64,000 bases of DNA from NCBI GenBank assembly GCA_014654705.1, contig JACVZY010000025.1, positions 4,640 through 68,639 on the forward strand. The letters run 5' to 3'. Of the stretch, positions 8,589-18,551 are shown in pieces; the stretch's first letter is position 1; the number at the start of each line of letters is the position of its first letter. The translations under genes and the position numbers were made by a program. The notes under the pieces were generated by a model. That model saw only the letters and a program-made list of their open reading frames with translations, was not told the DNA's origin and did no database searches. Source of the DNA: Ignavibacteria bacterium (GTDB lineage Bacteria; Bacteroidota; Ignavibacteria; Kapaibacteriales; UBA4661).

Positions 8589-11165
8589 TTACGCCACAAA
8601 TCCAGATTTTGAAAGCGGCATCATCACCTCAAACGTACTGCCTTTACTTTGCTCGCTCTTTACCGATACCGTGCCACCATGCGCTTCTACAATCGTTTTG
8701 ACGTAGTTCAGCCCCAAGCCAAACCCTTTCACATCATGCCTGTTACCGGTTGGAACACGATAAAATTTCTCAAAAATCTGTTTCTGCGCTTCTCGTGTCA
8801 TACCGATACCGTTGTCCTGTATCGTTACCGCAAGTCCAGATGCAGTGTTGCGCGTTGAAACGATAATGTGTGGCGCATCTGGTGTGTATTTATTCGCATT
8901 GTCTAGTAAGTTGACGATGACGTTTCTGAAATGCGCTTCGTCCGCCTGCAAAATGGGCGTATGTGCTTCTAAACGCAGTTCAATACGACCTTGCTTTTGC
9001 TCTAACTGCAGCGCCAATGATTCAGCGACCGTCTCGATAAGTTGGTGTACATTGGTGGGAACAAGTTTGAGATTAAGCTCACCCCTGTCCATCTGTGCGG
9101 CTTGCAGCACTTTTTCAACGTGACCGGCAAGGCGCTTATTTTCGTCGTGGATGATATTCACAAAGCGCTCCACACGGACGCTTTCGCTCCGCACGTGGTT
9201 ATCTTTTAGCGCCTCGCTTGCAATAGAAATAGTCGCAATCGGCGTTTTGAGTTCGTGCGTCATGTTGTTGATAAAGTCCGTTTTCATGTCCGAGAGCTTT
9301 TTTTGCTTCACGAGCGCAAGCAAGGTAAAACCAAAGCAACCCATAATCAGCATCAAGAAGAGTGCCGACGAACCCAGCACAGGAGCGATACCTGCCAGTG
9401 TCAGTCCTTGCTGTTGGTCAGGAAAATGAATAGTCAAATAGTCTTTTTCGTCGCCACCCAGAATATCATTGGGAAAAAGCTGCACCCGAAATTCAGAGGT
9501 ACGAAGTGCTGCTGAAGCATGAACCGTTACGCGCTCAGGGTTGCTCGCGGTGGAAGCACGTACTATCAGCATAGAATCTTGCTTTTTAAGCACCTTGCGC
9601 CGCACTGAGGCGGGCATTTCTGCCCCGTGCAGAATTCCGTACTCATAACGTGCATTTACGCCGTTGCCACGCAGTTCAGCCGCCAGCAACGCATCCAAAT
9701 CGGTAAGCGGAACGCGCTCTAGTGCGGATTGCTTCCGACCAACCATATTTTCAAGGATATTTTCAATAAGGTCAACCTTATCAAGAATTTTACCAATGGT
9801 GTCACGTGATTGTGTGCGAGGTTCGGTAGAATTTTGTGCGTGGGCTTCCTTTTGCTTGTTTGCCGCCACACTCTGCTCGGCTCTGTGGAGCTGCGGTGCG
9901 GAGTGTTTCTTTGCTACCGATGGCGATTTCGGTGCAGCCTCTACGGAAGAAGCCGGTGCGGAGGGCTGTTCGGGCGGCGGGGACGGATTCATTGGGCTAC
10001 CCAATGGCATCATACGCATTTCAAAGCCAAACGAAGCCATATCTTGCCACGTCTGGCGAACTGCCATATTAAAGAGCGAATCTAAATCGCGTGTGTTTAC
10101 GCCCTGCATACGACGCAAACGCTCAATTTGTTGTTGCGACTTGGCAAATTCTCGTTGAAAATGGGCACTGAGTTGCCGTTCATTCAGGCGCATCAACTCT
10201 CGTTGGGCTTCTCGTTGAGCGTCGCGCGGGGACTCACGCTTGGTTATTACTTCACGGCGGTCTGTGCTGCCACTACTTGTGCTGCCACTACTTGGGTTTT
10301 CTATGCCGCGCTCTGCTGCGCTCATCTTATCTTCGAGTGTTTTTGAACCGTAAACTGAGTATGCTCCCGTTGCTCCTGATGCACGACGAAAACGCTGAAG
10401 AATAGAGTCGCGTTTATTGGCTTTTCCGTTCGGAATAAAGAATCGAAAGGGCTGCCCGTTGCCCGTCGGAATTGTTACCACAAGCCCTTGTGGTGGAGCA
10501 GGCGTCTGGGGAGGCATTTGGTGCTGGACATTGGGTGCGGGCTGAGAATGAGTAGCATCAGAGCGTTCGCTGCGAGCACGCGCACCAGATGAGCGCTCAC
10601 GCGATGAGGAGCTTTCGCGCGAGGAATTAAAAGAGACGTTGCCTCCATCAATGTGCATCTCAAAACTATTGCTACCATCCTGAACGCTTAGAAAAGGGGC
10701 ATTGTTTTTTGAAAATGCATTTTTCTCTGCACTTGATGATGATTTATTCGAGTTCGCTTTGTTCATAGTCACCGCAGAGGAATCTGTCATAGCTTGTTTT
10801 GCTGTTTCCGTGGCTTTCCGACTTAGCGGTGCTGTGCGTGGTGGTAATACGGAAGGATTTGTCGGTGCTACATCCGCTTCCGTAATTTGCAAAGGCTCGG
10901 CTTTACGGCTTGTTGGCATAGTCCGGCGCAATTTTGCTGCCTCTGCTGTTTTACGCACATCATTGAGACTCTGCATAATCAGCGCTTTGGTCTCTTTGAT
11001 TTCGAGCTGACGTGCAACATTGTTAAGCGCACGATGGACGTGCTCCTTGAAAAGACTTTGCTCTAGCGCCGACGCCCGCGCAAGCCAATATACTTGCACA
11101 ATAATGATACCCAACAACCCGATGAGCATCAGTGCGAGAATTGTCCAGATGGTTCGCTTTTTCAT
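8589..11165 (-). CDS. sensor histidine kinase with a very long low-complexity region between two TM helices
   Basis: TM1 is at the N-terminus (ILALMLIGLLGIIIVQVYWLA). About 570 aa of Ser/Pro/Gln/Ala-rich sequence follows. TM2 is LFLMLIMGCFGFTLLALV. The HisKA H-box is MTHELKTPIATI, and the HATPase_c domain carries the DNGIGM and GLGL motifs. Confidence 0.85.
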   Translation of the reverse strand: MKKRTIWTILALMLIGLLGIIIVQVYWLARASALEQSLFKEHVHRALNNVARQLEIKETKALIMQSLNDVRKTAEAAKLRRTMPTSRKAEPLQITEADVAPTNPSVLPPRTAPLSRKATETAKQAMTDSSAVTMNKANSNKSSSSAEKNAFSKNNAPFLSVQDGSNSFEMHIDGGNVSFNSSRESSSSRERSSGARARSERSDATHSQPAPNVQHQMPPQTPAPPQGLVVTIPTGNGQPFRFFIPNGKANKRDSILQRFRRASGATGAYSVYGSKTLEDKMSAAERGIENPSSGSTSSGSTDRREVITKRESPRDAQREAQRELMRLNERQLSAHFQREFAKSQQQIERLRRMQGVNTRDLDSLFNMAVRQTWQDMASFGFEMRMMPLGSPMNPSPPPEQPSAPASSVEAAPKSPSVAKKHSAPQLHRAEQSVAANKQKEAHAQNSTEPRTQSRDTIGKILDKVDLIENILENMVGRKQSALERVPLTDLDALLAAELRGNGVNARYEYGILHGAEMPASVRRKVLKKQDSMLIVRASTASNPERVTVHASAALRTSEFRVQLFPNDILGGDEKDYLTIHFPDQQQGLTLAGIAPVLGSSALFLMLIMGCFGFTLLALVKQKKLSDMKTDFINNMTHELKTPIATISIASEALKDNHVRSESVRVERFVNIIHDENKRLAGHVEKVLQAAQMDRGELNLKLVPTNVHQLIETVAESLALQLEQKQGRIELRLEAHTPILQADEAHFRNVIVNLLDNANKYTPDAPHIIVSTRNTASGLAVTIQDNGIGMTREAQKQIFEKFYRVPTGNRHDVKGFGLGLNYVKTIVEAHGGTVSVKSEQSKGSTFEVMMPLSKSGFVA

Positions 11166-11261
11166 AATTCACAGAAAACAGAATGAGCACAAATGATGAA
11201 CACCACAAATCTACAACACAAGCACCAGAACACAAGCAATCATGCGGGGCTTTAACATTTT

Positions 11262-12530
11262 TTAACGACTTGGTCTGCCCAAACGACCACGAAATAGCAC
11301 ACGGCGGTACACTACCCACGCCATACTACCATACACCATAAACCACAGAACCATAGACAATGCGGTTTTGAAAAGGCTCACCATTGCAGAAGCGTGTGGC
11401 GATGAACCGTTTGCTGTGCGGAAAACAGGATTAAGAGCAATAGTGGTGTTCGGCGAAATGACCTCAATACGGATGTAGGTATCATCAGCGCGGAAACGGT
11501 ATCCGGTGGTATTTTGCCCCGTCACGACGCTGCGGACAGCACCCGATTGTCCCACAAAGCGCATCATCACAACGTTTGAGTCCATCATTACCGTCAGCGA
11601 ATCGCCCTGAATAGTGAGACGTTGCAAGCGGCAATCATTCAACGCATTCAAACAGCTATCCCGCAAATGCCCTTCGCCCAGCCCGCGCCAGCGATCTCTG
11701 AGAAGACTGTTTAATTTGACAGCATAACAACGACCTTCTTGCAATGCGCTTAAGACGCTATCCTTCTGTGATGAAGTGGCATATAGCATTGTCCAACACA
11801 CACCATTTTCACCCACACCGTTCACATCATGCGAATCATCGGCGCCCATTGCCCAGGGAGTACGCCCCGCAGACCATGCAGAATCAAACAACTCTAAGGA
11901 TTCGCGGAAATGATTGAATACTTCCATCCCATCATAATCTGTCAGAAAGCGCATAGATTCCGGCGAGTACGCACCCTGCCAAATAGGATGCGCCAGAATA
12001 ACCACAGGCGTAACTTCTTTCAAACGCTTGATATTATGCTGCTTCTGCGGCATCCAATGCCCGAATACATAATCCGTCCAAACGACATCTTGCGCACCAA
12101 CGCAGATTTGATGTGCCTTGCGGACATTATATCCATGCTCGTAGGAAGAAATATAGTTCGTGGCAAAGTCCGGCAACGTGTCCATGCGATGATAGTTGGA
12201 CACCGCCGCAACATCGTACCCAAGACGTTTGTAGGATGCACTGAGCGCTGCAAGCGACGAATTGCCATGCGATAGACCACTCCACGCCACAGAATGGGCG
12301 TGAAAGTTTGCTTTCCGCCACGTTGCTTTAGAGGTTGTGTCGTTAATTGCAGAATAGGGATTCAACAACACTGCGCCTGAATGGGGTACGGTTGCAGGCA
12401 TATCATAGATAGGACAAAGTGCGTAGGGAATGCTTGCAAGAACGATTGCAGTAAGTAGAATACCACAAAGTATCTTCAACGGCAAAAAAATGGTATAACG
12501 TACAAAGCGCTTCCACACAGATTTTCTCAT
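11262..12530 (-). CDS. membrane-anchored putative PHP-domain / metal-dependent phosphoesterase-like protein
   Basis: An N-terminal TM is followed by His-rich motifs (FHAHS, NYH, ILAHP, DDSHD) that resemble the PHP/CehA-McbA metallohydrolase fold. This identification has not been confirmed by any search. Confidence 0.4.
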   Translation of the reverse strand: MRKSVWKRFVRYTIFLPLKILCGILLTAIVLASIPYALCPIYDMPATVPHSGAVLLNPYSAINDTTSKATWRKANFHAHSVAWSGLSHGNSSLAALSASYKRLGYDVAAVSNYHRMDTLPDFATNYISSYEHGYNVRKAHQICVGAQDVVWTDYVFGHWMPQKQHNIKRLKEVTPVVILAHPIWQGAYSPESMRFLTDYDGMEVFNHFRESLELFDSAWSAGRTPWAMGADDSHDVNGVGENGVCWTMLYATSSQKDSVLSALQEGRCYAVKLNSLLRDRWRGLGEGHLRDSCLNALNDCRLQRLTIQGDSLTVMMDSNVVMMRFVGQSGAVRSVVTGQNTTGYRFRADDTYIRIEVISPNTTIALNPVFRTANGSSPHASAMVSLFKTALSMVLWFMVYGSMAWVVYRRVLFRGRLGRPSR

Positions 12531-12901
12531 TGTCGTTGCTCCCAGTACCGTTTTGCTTCATTCAAAAAAAGTCGCGTGTCGCGCACAGCCATACGAAACA
12601 TCAGCACATTGTCAGCAGCAAGCAGTTTCTTTGCTGATTCACTTGTGGCAAGCACCATCATTGCGGTCAAGTGCGCTTTGCAGAAAAGCGCGTCGTCATG
12701 GGCTGCACGGGTGATGCGGACGAGAGAATCAATCTTCACCGAATCACGCTGCTGCACGGTGGCAAATGCTGCAATCAGTGTGTTGGCTTGGTCAAGAGCG
12801 TACGTAGTTTTTGCACAGGCGGTGGTGTCAGCCGTTGCGGCAAATACCGTTTCTGCTGAACACGACAAAACAAATATGACGGAAAGGAAGTATAATCGCA
12901 T
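12527..12901 (-). CDS. small secreted hypothetical protein
   Basis: It has a signal peptide (LSVIFVLSCSAETVFA). Its stop overlaps the start of the downstream PHP-like gene by 4 bp (ATGA), which suggests translational coupling. Confidence 0.5.
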   Translation of the reverse strand: MRLYFLSVIFVLSCSAETVFAATADTTACAKTTYALDQANTLIAAFATVQQRDSVKIDSLVRITRAAHDDALFCKAHLTAMMVLATSESAKKLLAADNVLMFRMAVRDTRLFLNEAKRYWEQRQ

Positions 12902-12965
12902 TGTGTTTTCGTGAAAATCGCCGTTAATCTATTCAAGAGTAGAAGATTGCATTACGGCTACAATC

Positions 12966-14015
12966 TTACATCCCGCCACCATCCACATCCTTGATGAATT
13001 TCACCACACCCGTCATAAATACTTGCTGGTCGTCCCACATAGCAAGGTGACTTCCATTAGGGCAATAGAGATACCGCCCCTTTTGAACCATTTTGCTTTG
13101 CTCTTCCATTGCTTTCGGGTCCATCGTGTCATATTTTGCCCCAATCATCAGCGTCGGCACGGCAATTTCTTTCAAACGATTTTTTATATCCCACTGAGCC
13201 AAACGCCCGCTCACGCCAAACTCGCTCGGACCTTGCATGAGCGTATAAACCTCATTGTTGACGTGCTTCAGTGCGCGGTTCAAACCGTCGGGCCAGTCCT
13301 GCAAGCGGCATAAATGCTCGTGGTAAAAGTTTGGCAGGAGAAGTTCCATATAGCGCGGATTCGCAAAATCTTTCTTTGCTTCGAGTGCGCGGATTTCTGC
13401 CAGTATTTCAGGTTTCATTTGCTTTGCCAGCACTTCTTCGGCGTATTTCCCATATTCGGGCGCACTTGCCATCATGTTCGCAACAAGCAGCCCTTTGAGG
13501 TTTTGCTGATACTTCAGCGCATACTCCATTGCCAAAATACCGCCCCATGAATTGCCGAGAACGTAGAAATTGCTCTTGTCTGCACCGATGGCTTTGCGCA
13601 CCTGCTCAACTTCTTCCACAAAGCGCTCTGTTGTCCAAAGACTGCTGTCTTTGGGTTGGTCGCTGTAATAGGAACCTAACTGGTCGTATTCGTAAAATTC
13701 AAATCCTTCGCGCTGAAAAAAAGTCTCAAAACACTCCGTATATTCATGCGTCATCGCCGGACCACCGTGCAAAAGCAGAACTTTAATTTTCGGGTTTGTA
13801 CCGAAGCGTTTCGTCCAGACCTTAAATTCTCCAACAGGCGTTTTGATAGGAATCATGCGCACTCCGCCGGATTCGACTGAATCACGATACTGAAAATACT
13901 CGGCAACAGAAGGAGAAGATGATGAAGCAGATTTTGTGCTGCTTGTATCGGTTTTTTGAGAGCAAGACAAAGTGCAGCACAAGGCTACAAGAGCAATAGC
14001 AAGGAGGTAGCGCAT
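12966..14015 (-). CDS. proline iminopeptidase-family alpha/beta hydrolase (S33), lipoprotein
   Basis: The LLLHGGPA and GNSWGG motifs are present. A lipoprotein signal (ALVALCCTLSCSQ) is found when translation starts from the internal ATG MRYLL. Confidence 0.75.
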   Translation of the reverse strand: MRYLLAIALVALCCTLSCSQKTDTSSTKSASSSSPSVAEYFQYRDSVESGGVRMIPIKTPVGEFKVWTKRFGTNPKIKVLLLHGGPAMTHEYTECFETFFQREGFEFYEYDQLGSYYSDQPKDSSLWTTERFVEEVEQVRKAIGADKSNFYVLGNSWGGILAMEYALKYQQNLKGLLVANMMASAPEYGKYAEEVLAKQMKPEILAEIRALEAKKDFANPRYMELLLPNFYHEHLCRLQDWPDGLNRALKHVNNEVYTLMQGPSEFGVSGRLAQWDIKNRLKEIAVPTLMIGAKYDTMDPKAMEEQSKMVQKGRYLYCPNGSHLAMWDDQQVFMTGVVKFIKDVDGGGM

Positions 14016-14047
14016 GGTGTTTTCTCGAAAATATGGTGATAAAGAAA

Positions 14048-14084
14048 GCGGCTTCAAGGTTAGATAATCCTAAAAGCCGCTTGA
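14048..14084 (-). terminator. hairpin downstream of fumC (putative intrinsic terminator)
   Basis: The inverted repeat is gcggctt ... aagccgc. On the minus strand a moderately T-rich tract follows it. It lies between the fumC stop and the start of the hydrolase gene. Confidence 0.35.
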
Positions 14085-14104
14085 ATTCTTCATTTTAAAA
14101 CAAT

Positions 14105-15499
14105 TTAATCCATTCCCGGCTTCGTCATTGCTGCCGGATTGATGGCAGAATCAAATTTCTCGCCGGTGATTAAGCCGAGTTCGATGCCCGCATCGCGCAG
14201 CGTGCCACCCGTTTTGTGGGCGTGTTTGGCGATTTTCGCCGCGTTGTCGTAGCCGATATGCGGGTTCAGAGCCGTAACGAGCATGAGCGAATTTTTCATG
14301 TAATAGTCAATTTTCTCGCGGTTCGGCTCAATGCCTTCTGCGCAATGCTCCTCGAACATAATGCACGTGTCGGAAAGCAAGCGAACACTTTGGTTGAAGT
14401 TGTAGATAATAAGCGGTTTGAAAACGTTTAGCTCAAAGTTCCCCGACGCGCCGCCGATGTTGATTGCCACGTCGTTACCCATCACTTGCGCCGCCACCAT
14501 CGTCATTGCTTCGCTTTGCGTGGGGTTCACTTTGCCAGGCATGATGGAGGAGCCGGGTTCATTTTCAGGAATTGTGAGTTCGCCCAAGCCACAGCGCGGA
14601 CCCGAAGCCAGCCAACGCACATCATTGGCAATTTTCATCAAACTGGCAGCCAAGGTTTTCAGCGCTCCGTGTGCAAAAACGAGTGCGTCGTGTGCCGCAA
14701 GCGCCTCGAACTTATTCGGTGCTGACACAAAAGGCAAACCCGTTTCTTTGGCAATTTGCTTTGCTGCTTTTTCGGCAAATTCGGGATGGGTGTTTAGCCC
14801 CGTACCAACAGCAGTACCGCCCAGCGCCAATTCATACACACCCGGAAGCACAGCATTGATGCGGCTGAGAGCCTGTGTGAGTTGATGCACATAGCCCGAA
14901 AACTCCTGCCCCAGCGTGAGTGGCGTTGCGTCCATGAGGTGTGTCCTGCCAGTTTTGATGATGTCGTTGAACGCTGTAGCCTTGTGCTGAAGCGTATCGC
15001 GGAGTTTCGTTACCGCCGGAATGAGGCGTTTCACCAATTCCTCTGCCGCAGCAATGTGCATGGCGGTTGGATAGGTGTCGTTGGAGCTTTGCGCTTTGTT
15101 TACATCATCGTTGGGGTGAACGGGCTTTTTGCTACCCATTTCGCCGCCTGCTATTTCAATGGCGCGATTGGAAATTACCTCGTTTACGTTCATGTTGGTT
15201 TGTGTGCCGGAACCGGTCTGCCAGACGGCAAGCGGGAAGTGGTCGTCGAGTTTGCCTGCGATAACTTCATCGGCTGCTTTAACGATTAAATCACGCTTTT
15301 CCGCCGTGAGCAAGCCAAGTTCGGTGTTCACAATCGCTGCCGACTTTTTCAAAATGCCCATAGCACGAATAACCTCACGGGGCATTTTTTCGGTGCCAAT
15401 GGCAAAGTGAATGAGGGAACGCGCGGTTTGTGCGCCGTAGTATTTATCGTTGGGGACGGCAATTTCGCCCATCGTGTCTTTTTCAATGCGTGTGGACAT
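14105..15499 (-). CDS. fumC: class II fumarate hydratase
   Basis: 464 aa. The signature [17 protein letters not shown] is present, and the N-terminus [28 protein letters not shown] is typical. Confidence 0.95.
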   Translation of the reverse strand: MSTRIEKDTMGEIAVPNDKYYGAQTARSLIHFAIGTEKMPREVIRAMGILKKSAAIVNTELGLLTAEKRDLIVKAADEVIAGKLDDHFPLAVWQTGSGTQTNMNVNEVISNRAIEIAGGEMGSKKPVHPNDDVNKAQSSNDTYPTAMHIAAAEELVKRLIPAVTKLRDTLQHKATAFNDIIKTGRTHLMDATPLTLGQEFSGYVHQLTQALSRINAVLPGVYELALGGTAVGTGLNTHPEFAEKAAKQIAKETGLPFVSAPNKFEALAAHDALVFAHGALKTLAASLMKIANDVRWLASGPRCGLGELTIPENEPGSSIMPGKVNPTQSEAMTMVAAQVMGNDVAINIGGASGNFELNVFKPLIIYNFNQSVRLLSDTCIMFEEHCAEGIEPNREKIDYYMKNSLMLVTALNPHIGYDNAAKIAKHAHKTGGTLRDAGIELGLITGEKFDSAINPAAMTKPGMD

Positions 15500-15609
15500 G
15501 AGGCATAAAACAAAGTGTGAGTGAAAATATGAGCATTCGCTCTTGTTAAATTTAGCTATTCTATCGAATCAATTTATCTTACTCGGCTCTGCCTAGGAAA
15601 GACCGAAAT

Positions 15610-16134
15610 TTACCGTTCTATTTCCAGCTGCAACAATGCAAGATACAAGTTTCTGTGTTGAGATGGGAGTTCTTCGAAGCTAGGGGTGGTGTAATTTTCC
15701 ACAAAATTAAACCCAAAACTTGTGTAATACGCTATAATTTGCGGGTTGTCGCCCCATGTATCCATCCGAATAAACCTCAGATTCTTCTCTCTTGCGGTTG
15801 CTTTTGCCCAATCTACGATTTTCTCAAACTGTTTTTGTCCTTTGTGCTGCGGATTCACCACTATTCTGTGCAAGTATATCGCATTCTGCTGTTCTTTTTC
15901 TCTCCAAATCACAGGGTCAGCATAGCATACACTGAAAACGCAGAGAATATTTGCATCGTTATCAACAACTTTATATTGTAGCTTGGCTTCAATATCACGT
16001 TGCAGAGCGCCTTTATCGTAACCATTCCAAACTTTGTACTGCTTGCGTTTTTGGTACGAAATAGCCTCCTCAAAAAACGAGTATATCATCTCTAGGTCTG
16101 CTTTTGTGGTATTGACGATGGTGTAGTTTGTCAT
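15610..16134 (-). CDS. GNAT-family N-acetyltransferase
   Basis: 174 aa with the GNAT fold motifs (IYLHRIVVNPQHKGQKQ..). Confidence 0.7.
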   Translation of the reverse strand: MTNYTIVNTTKADLEMIYSFFEEAISYQKRKQYKVWNGYDKGALQRDIEAKLQYKVVDNDANILCVFSVCYADPVIWREKEQQNAIYLHRIVVNPQHKGQKQFEKIVDWAKATAREKNLRFIRMDTWGDNPQIIAYYTSFGFNFVENYTTPSFEELPSQHRNLYLALLQLEIER

Positions 16135-16169
16135 AACTATCGAGAAATTTAGCGCTGCATTAGCGGACG

Positions 16170-16703
16170 TTATCGGGGTTTATTCTCTACGATGTATTTT
16201 CGTAGCAAATAGGTCATTTGTGCCAAATGATGGTCGTCATGCTCAGCTACAAAAAAGGCTATATCAACTATCCTCATCGGCATACCCAAGCGTGGATGCA
16301 CTGCGGAGCGTTCTAAGTGTTCATCTTCCGCCTCTTGCAGCGCGGTGATGAGTAATTGTCTTTGTTCTCTCAATATCTGAATAAGCTCTGCTATACTACG
16401 GCTATTATGGTCTGCTTGATATGTTTTGGTATTCGACAAATCTGCTATTGTTAGATGTTGATTTCCTGCCATTATATCCCGCACCCTTTGCAACCATAAG
16501 GGTTCAAGGTCTATTAAATGACCAACCTCTTGACTGATACTCCATTTTTCAGTACTATCTGAACGTGTCAAATCAATGGACGTACCGATAAGTTTTTCGT
16601 GAAGCCGAGCAGGTGTACCCGATAAACGCTCAATAATACAGGGCAGTACGCCATTATCGGTAATGGGCGGAAATGTTCTATCAAACCAGTTTGTTCGCTG
16701 CAT
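16170..16703 (-). CDS. DinB/YfiT-like (DinB_2) metal-dependent hydrolase/transferase-family protein
   Basis: 177 aa. His-containing motifs (HLIDLEP, HDDHHLAQM) and overall size fit the DinB_2 family. Confidence 0.5.
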   Translation of the reverse strand: MQRTNWFDRTFPPITDNGVLPCIIERLSGTPARLHEKLIGTSIDLTRSDSTEKWSISQEVGHLIDLEPLWLQRVRDIMAGNQHLTIADLSNTKTYQADHNSRSIAELIQILREQRQLLITALQEAEDEHLERSAVHPRLGMPMRIVDIAFFVAEHDDHHLAQMTYLLRKYIVENKPR

Positions 16704-16748
16704 TTTGCGTTCACCTTGGATGGAAGATGTACGAAATGTTCTTACCCT

Positions 16749-18476
16749 TTAATTCGTCTTACCCGGCTCGGTTGGAAAGCCCAGAATTGGCGGCTTTGCT
16801 TGCGATTTCGCTTTTTTCTGTGCTTCTATCACATTCACGAGCAAACTGGGCGACGATGCCGAAACCGGCACACCACCTGATTCCGCACCGCAAACACCAT
16901 TAAAAACACCCATATCATTTCCGGCAACAGTAATCTGCTTGAATGTTGTGAGTGGTGTCCCGATGAGGTCAACACCGCGTACAACCTCGTCGGGGCGACC
17001 ATCGGTGAAAATTTTATAGACCAGAAGCGGCAGCACATTGAACGCATTCGGCATCGTGCGGTTCGTGAAGGTGAAGCCGCCTTGAATTTCCACAAAGTAT
17101 AAGCCGTATTCCTTGCCTTGACGCTTGCACTCAGCGCGGAGCATGGTGCGGAGCGTGTCGAAAGGAACGGTCTTTGCTGCTTTCACAAGCAGGTTTGATT
17201 GGCGCGACACGACGGGGAAGCCTGCTTGTCTGCGCCCGTGTCCGTTGGAATTGGGCATTTGGTCAATGGGAGCGCGGGACATCAGAAACTCGCGGAACAC
17301 ACCATTTTTCACGGTTGTTACCTGTTGCCCCGGCACACCTTCATCGTCGAATTTGTAATATCCGGCAAGGTTCTGCCCGGCAAGCGAGCGCAAAGCTGGA
17401 TCAAAAACAACATCTACAAAGTCAGGAAGTATGCGCTCTCCAACAAGGTTTTTGAACGTTTGGCTCGAATTGACATCTTTCTGACGATGCCCTTCGATGC
17501 GATGCCCAAAAATTTCATGGAAAAACACGCCTGCCGCTTCGCCGGATAAAATCGCCGGACCGGAATATGTCTCCATGAGAGGCGCAGTGCGGAGTTTACC
17601 CAAAAGCGTCGTCATGTCAAGAATTTCTTTGCGCATCACGCTTTCGCTGGGAACGCTGTCTGCCGTGAACGCAAAATAGCTGCGGAAGAGCGGCAATGAC
17701 ATTCCGTCATCAGCTTTGGTGCGCCCTTGAGAGAACACGCGCACGTAGGAATCGCTCGTCTGAATCGTCGTGCCTTCGCTATTGACAAAGTACCGATGAA
17801 TTACTTCTGCACGGAAATATACTTCTCCACCATAGATTTTCGGGTCGGCAGCAAAAAGCGCCGAAAGCCGACGCAAGCGCTCACGCCATGCGTCTGTGTT
17901 CACCACAAGGGTTTGGAGCGGCTCGCTGTACGAGGACGGCTTTTCTCTGGAGAAGTCGCCGGATGAATCTTCTTCTTTCACCTTCACAGCACGGTTGCTG
18001 ACAACCTTCAAGTAGCGCTCTGCGGCTGATTTGTACTGGCGGTCGGTTGTTGCCCAAATTGTCGTCCGAATTGAACCAATATCATCATCAAGCGGAATCT
18101 GTGTGCCTCGTGAAAATCCACCCATCTCGAAGTTTGTACCACGAATCTGGCGTTTATTATCAAGGTCATAATTGCCGACACGCACCTCCACATCAAGTGT
18201 CCGCGTGCGGTTGGAATCGTCAATGACGATTTTTCCGAAGGATGCGGTTAGAGTAACATACTGCGTTTCGGTGATGGCATATGAGACAAAATACGGCGGG
18301 TTTGCTTCTCCTTTGAGGTCCGTCATGGTGCGCTGCATCTCGGTTTTCATTGCCTCCAGAATTGGCGATTGTTTGGTCTGTGCGAGAGTATTACTGACAA
18401 ACAAGTATTGAATGGGTACGAAAATGACCGTTGCGACAGCTATACGAAAGAACGAGCGTTGTGGGCGTTGAGACAT
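16749..18476 (-). CDS. secreted TldD/PmbA-family metallopeptidase (TldD-like, catalytic motif intact)
   Basis: It has a signal peptide and the HExxxH-type motif HEIFGHRIEGH. It is a paralog of the gene at 54671..56458. Confidence 0.75.
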   Translation of the reverse strand: MSQRPQRSFFRIAVATVIFVPIQYLFVSNTLAQTKQSPILEAMKTEMQRTMTDLKGEANPPYFVSYAITETQYVTLTASFGKIVIDDSNRTRTLDVEVRVGNYDLDNKRQIRGTNFEMGGFSRGTQIPLDDDIGSIRTTIWATTDRQYKSAAERYLKVVSNRAVKVKEEDSSGDFSREKPSSYSEPLQTLVVNTDAWRERLRRLSALFAADPKIYGGEVYFRAEVIHRYFVNSEGTTIQTSDSYVRVFSQGRTKADDGMSLPLFRSYFAFTADSVPSESVMRKEILDMTTLLGKLRTAPLMETYSGPAILSGEAAGVFFHEIFGHRIEGHRQKDVNSSQTFKNLVGERILPDFVDVVFDPALRSLAGQNLAGYYKFDDEGVPGQQVTTVKNGVFREFLMSRAPIDQMPNSNGHGRRQAGFPVVSRQSNLLVKAAKTVPFDTLRTMLRAECKRQGKEYGLYFVEIQGGFTFTNRTMPNAFNVLPLLVYKIFTDGRPDEVVRGVDLIGTPLTTFKQITVAGNDMGVFNGVCGAESGGVPVSASSPSLLVNVIEAQKKAKSQAKPPILGFPTEPGKTN

Positions 18477-18551
18477 GGATTTTTGTTGGTAGTTTTAACG
18501 GTAAAGGCAGATAGCGTCCGTACCGCGAAGATAGAGTCTTACAATTTCGAT

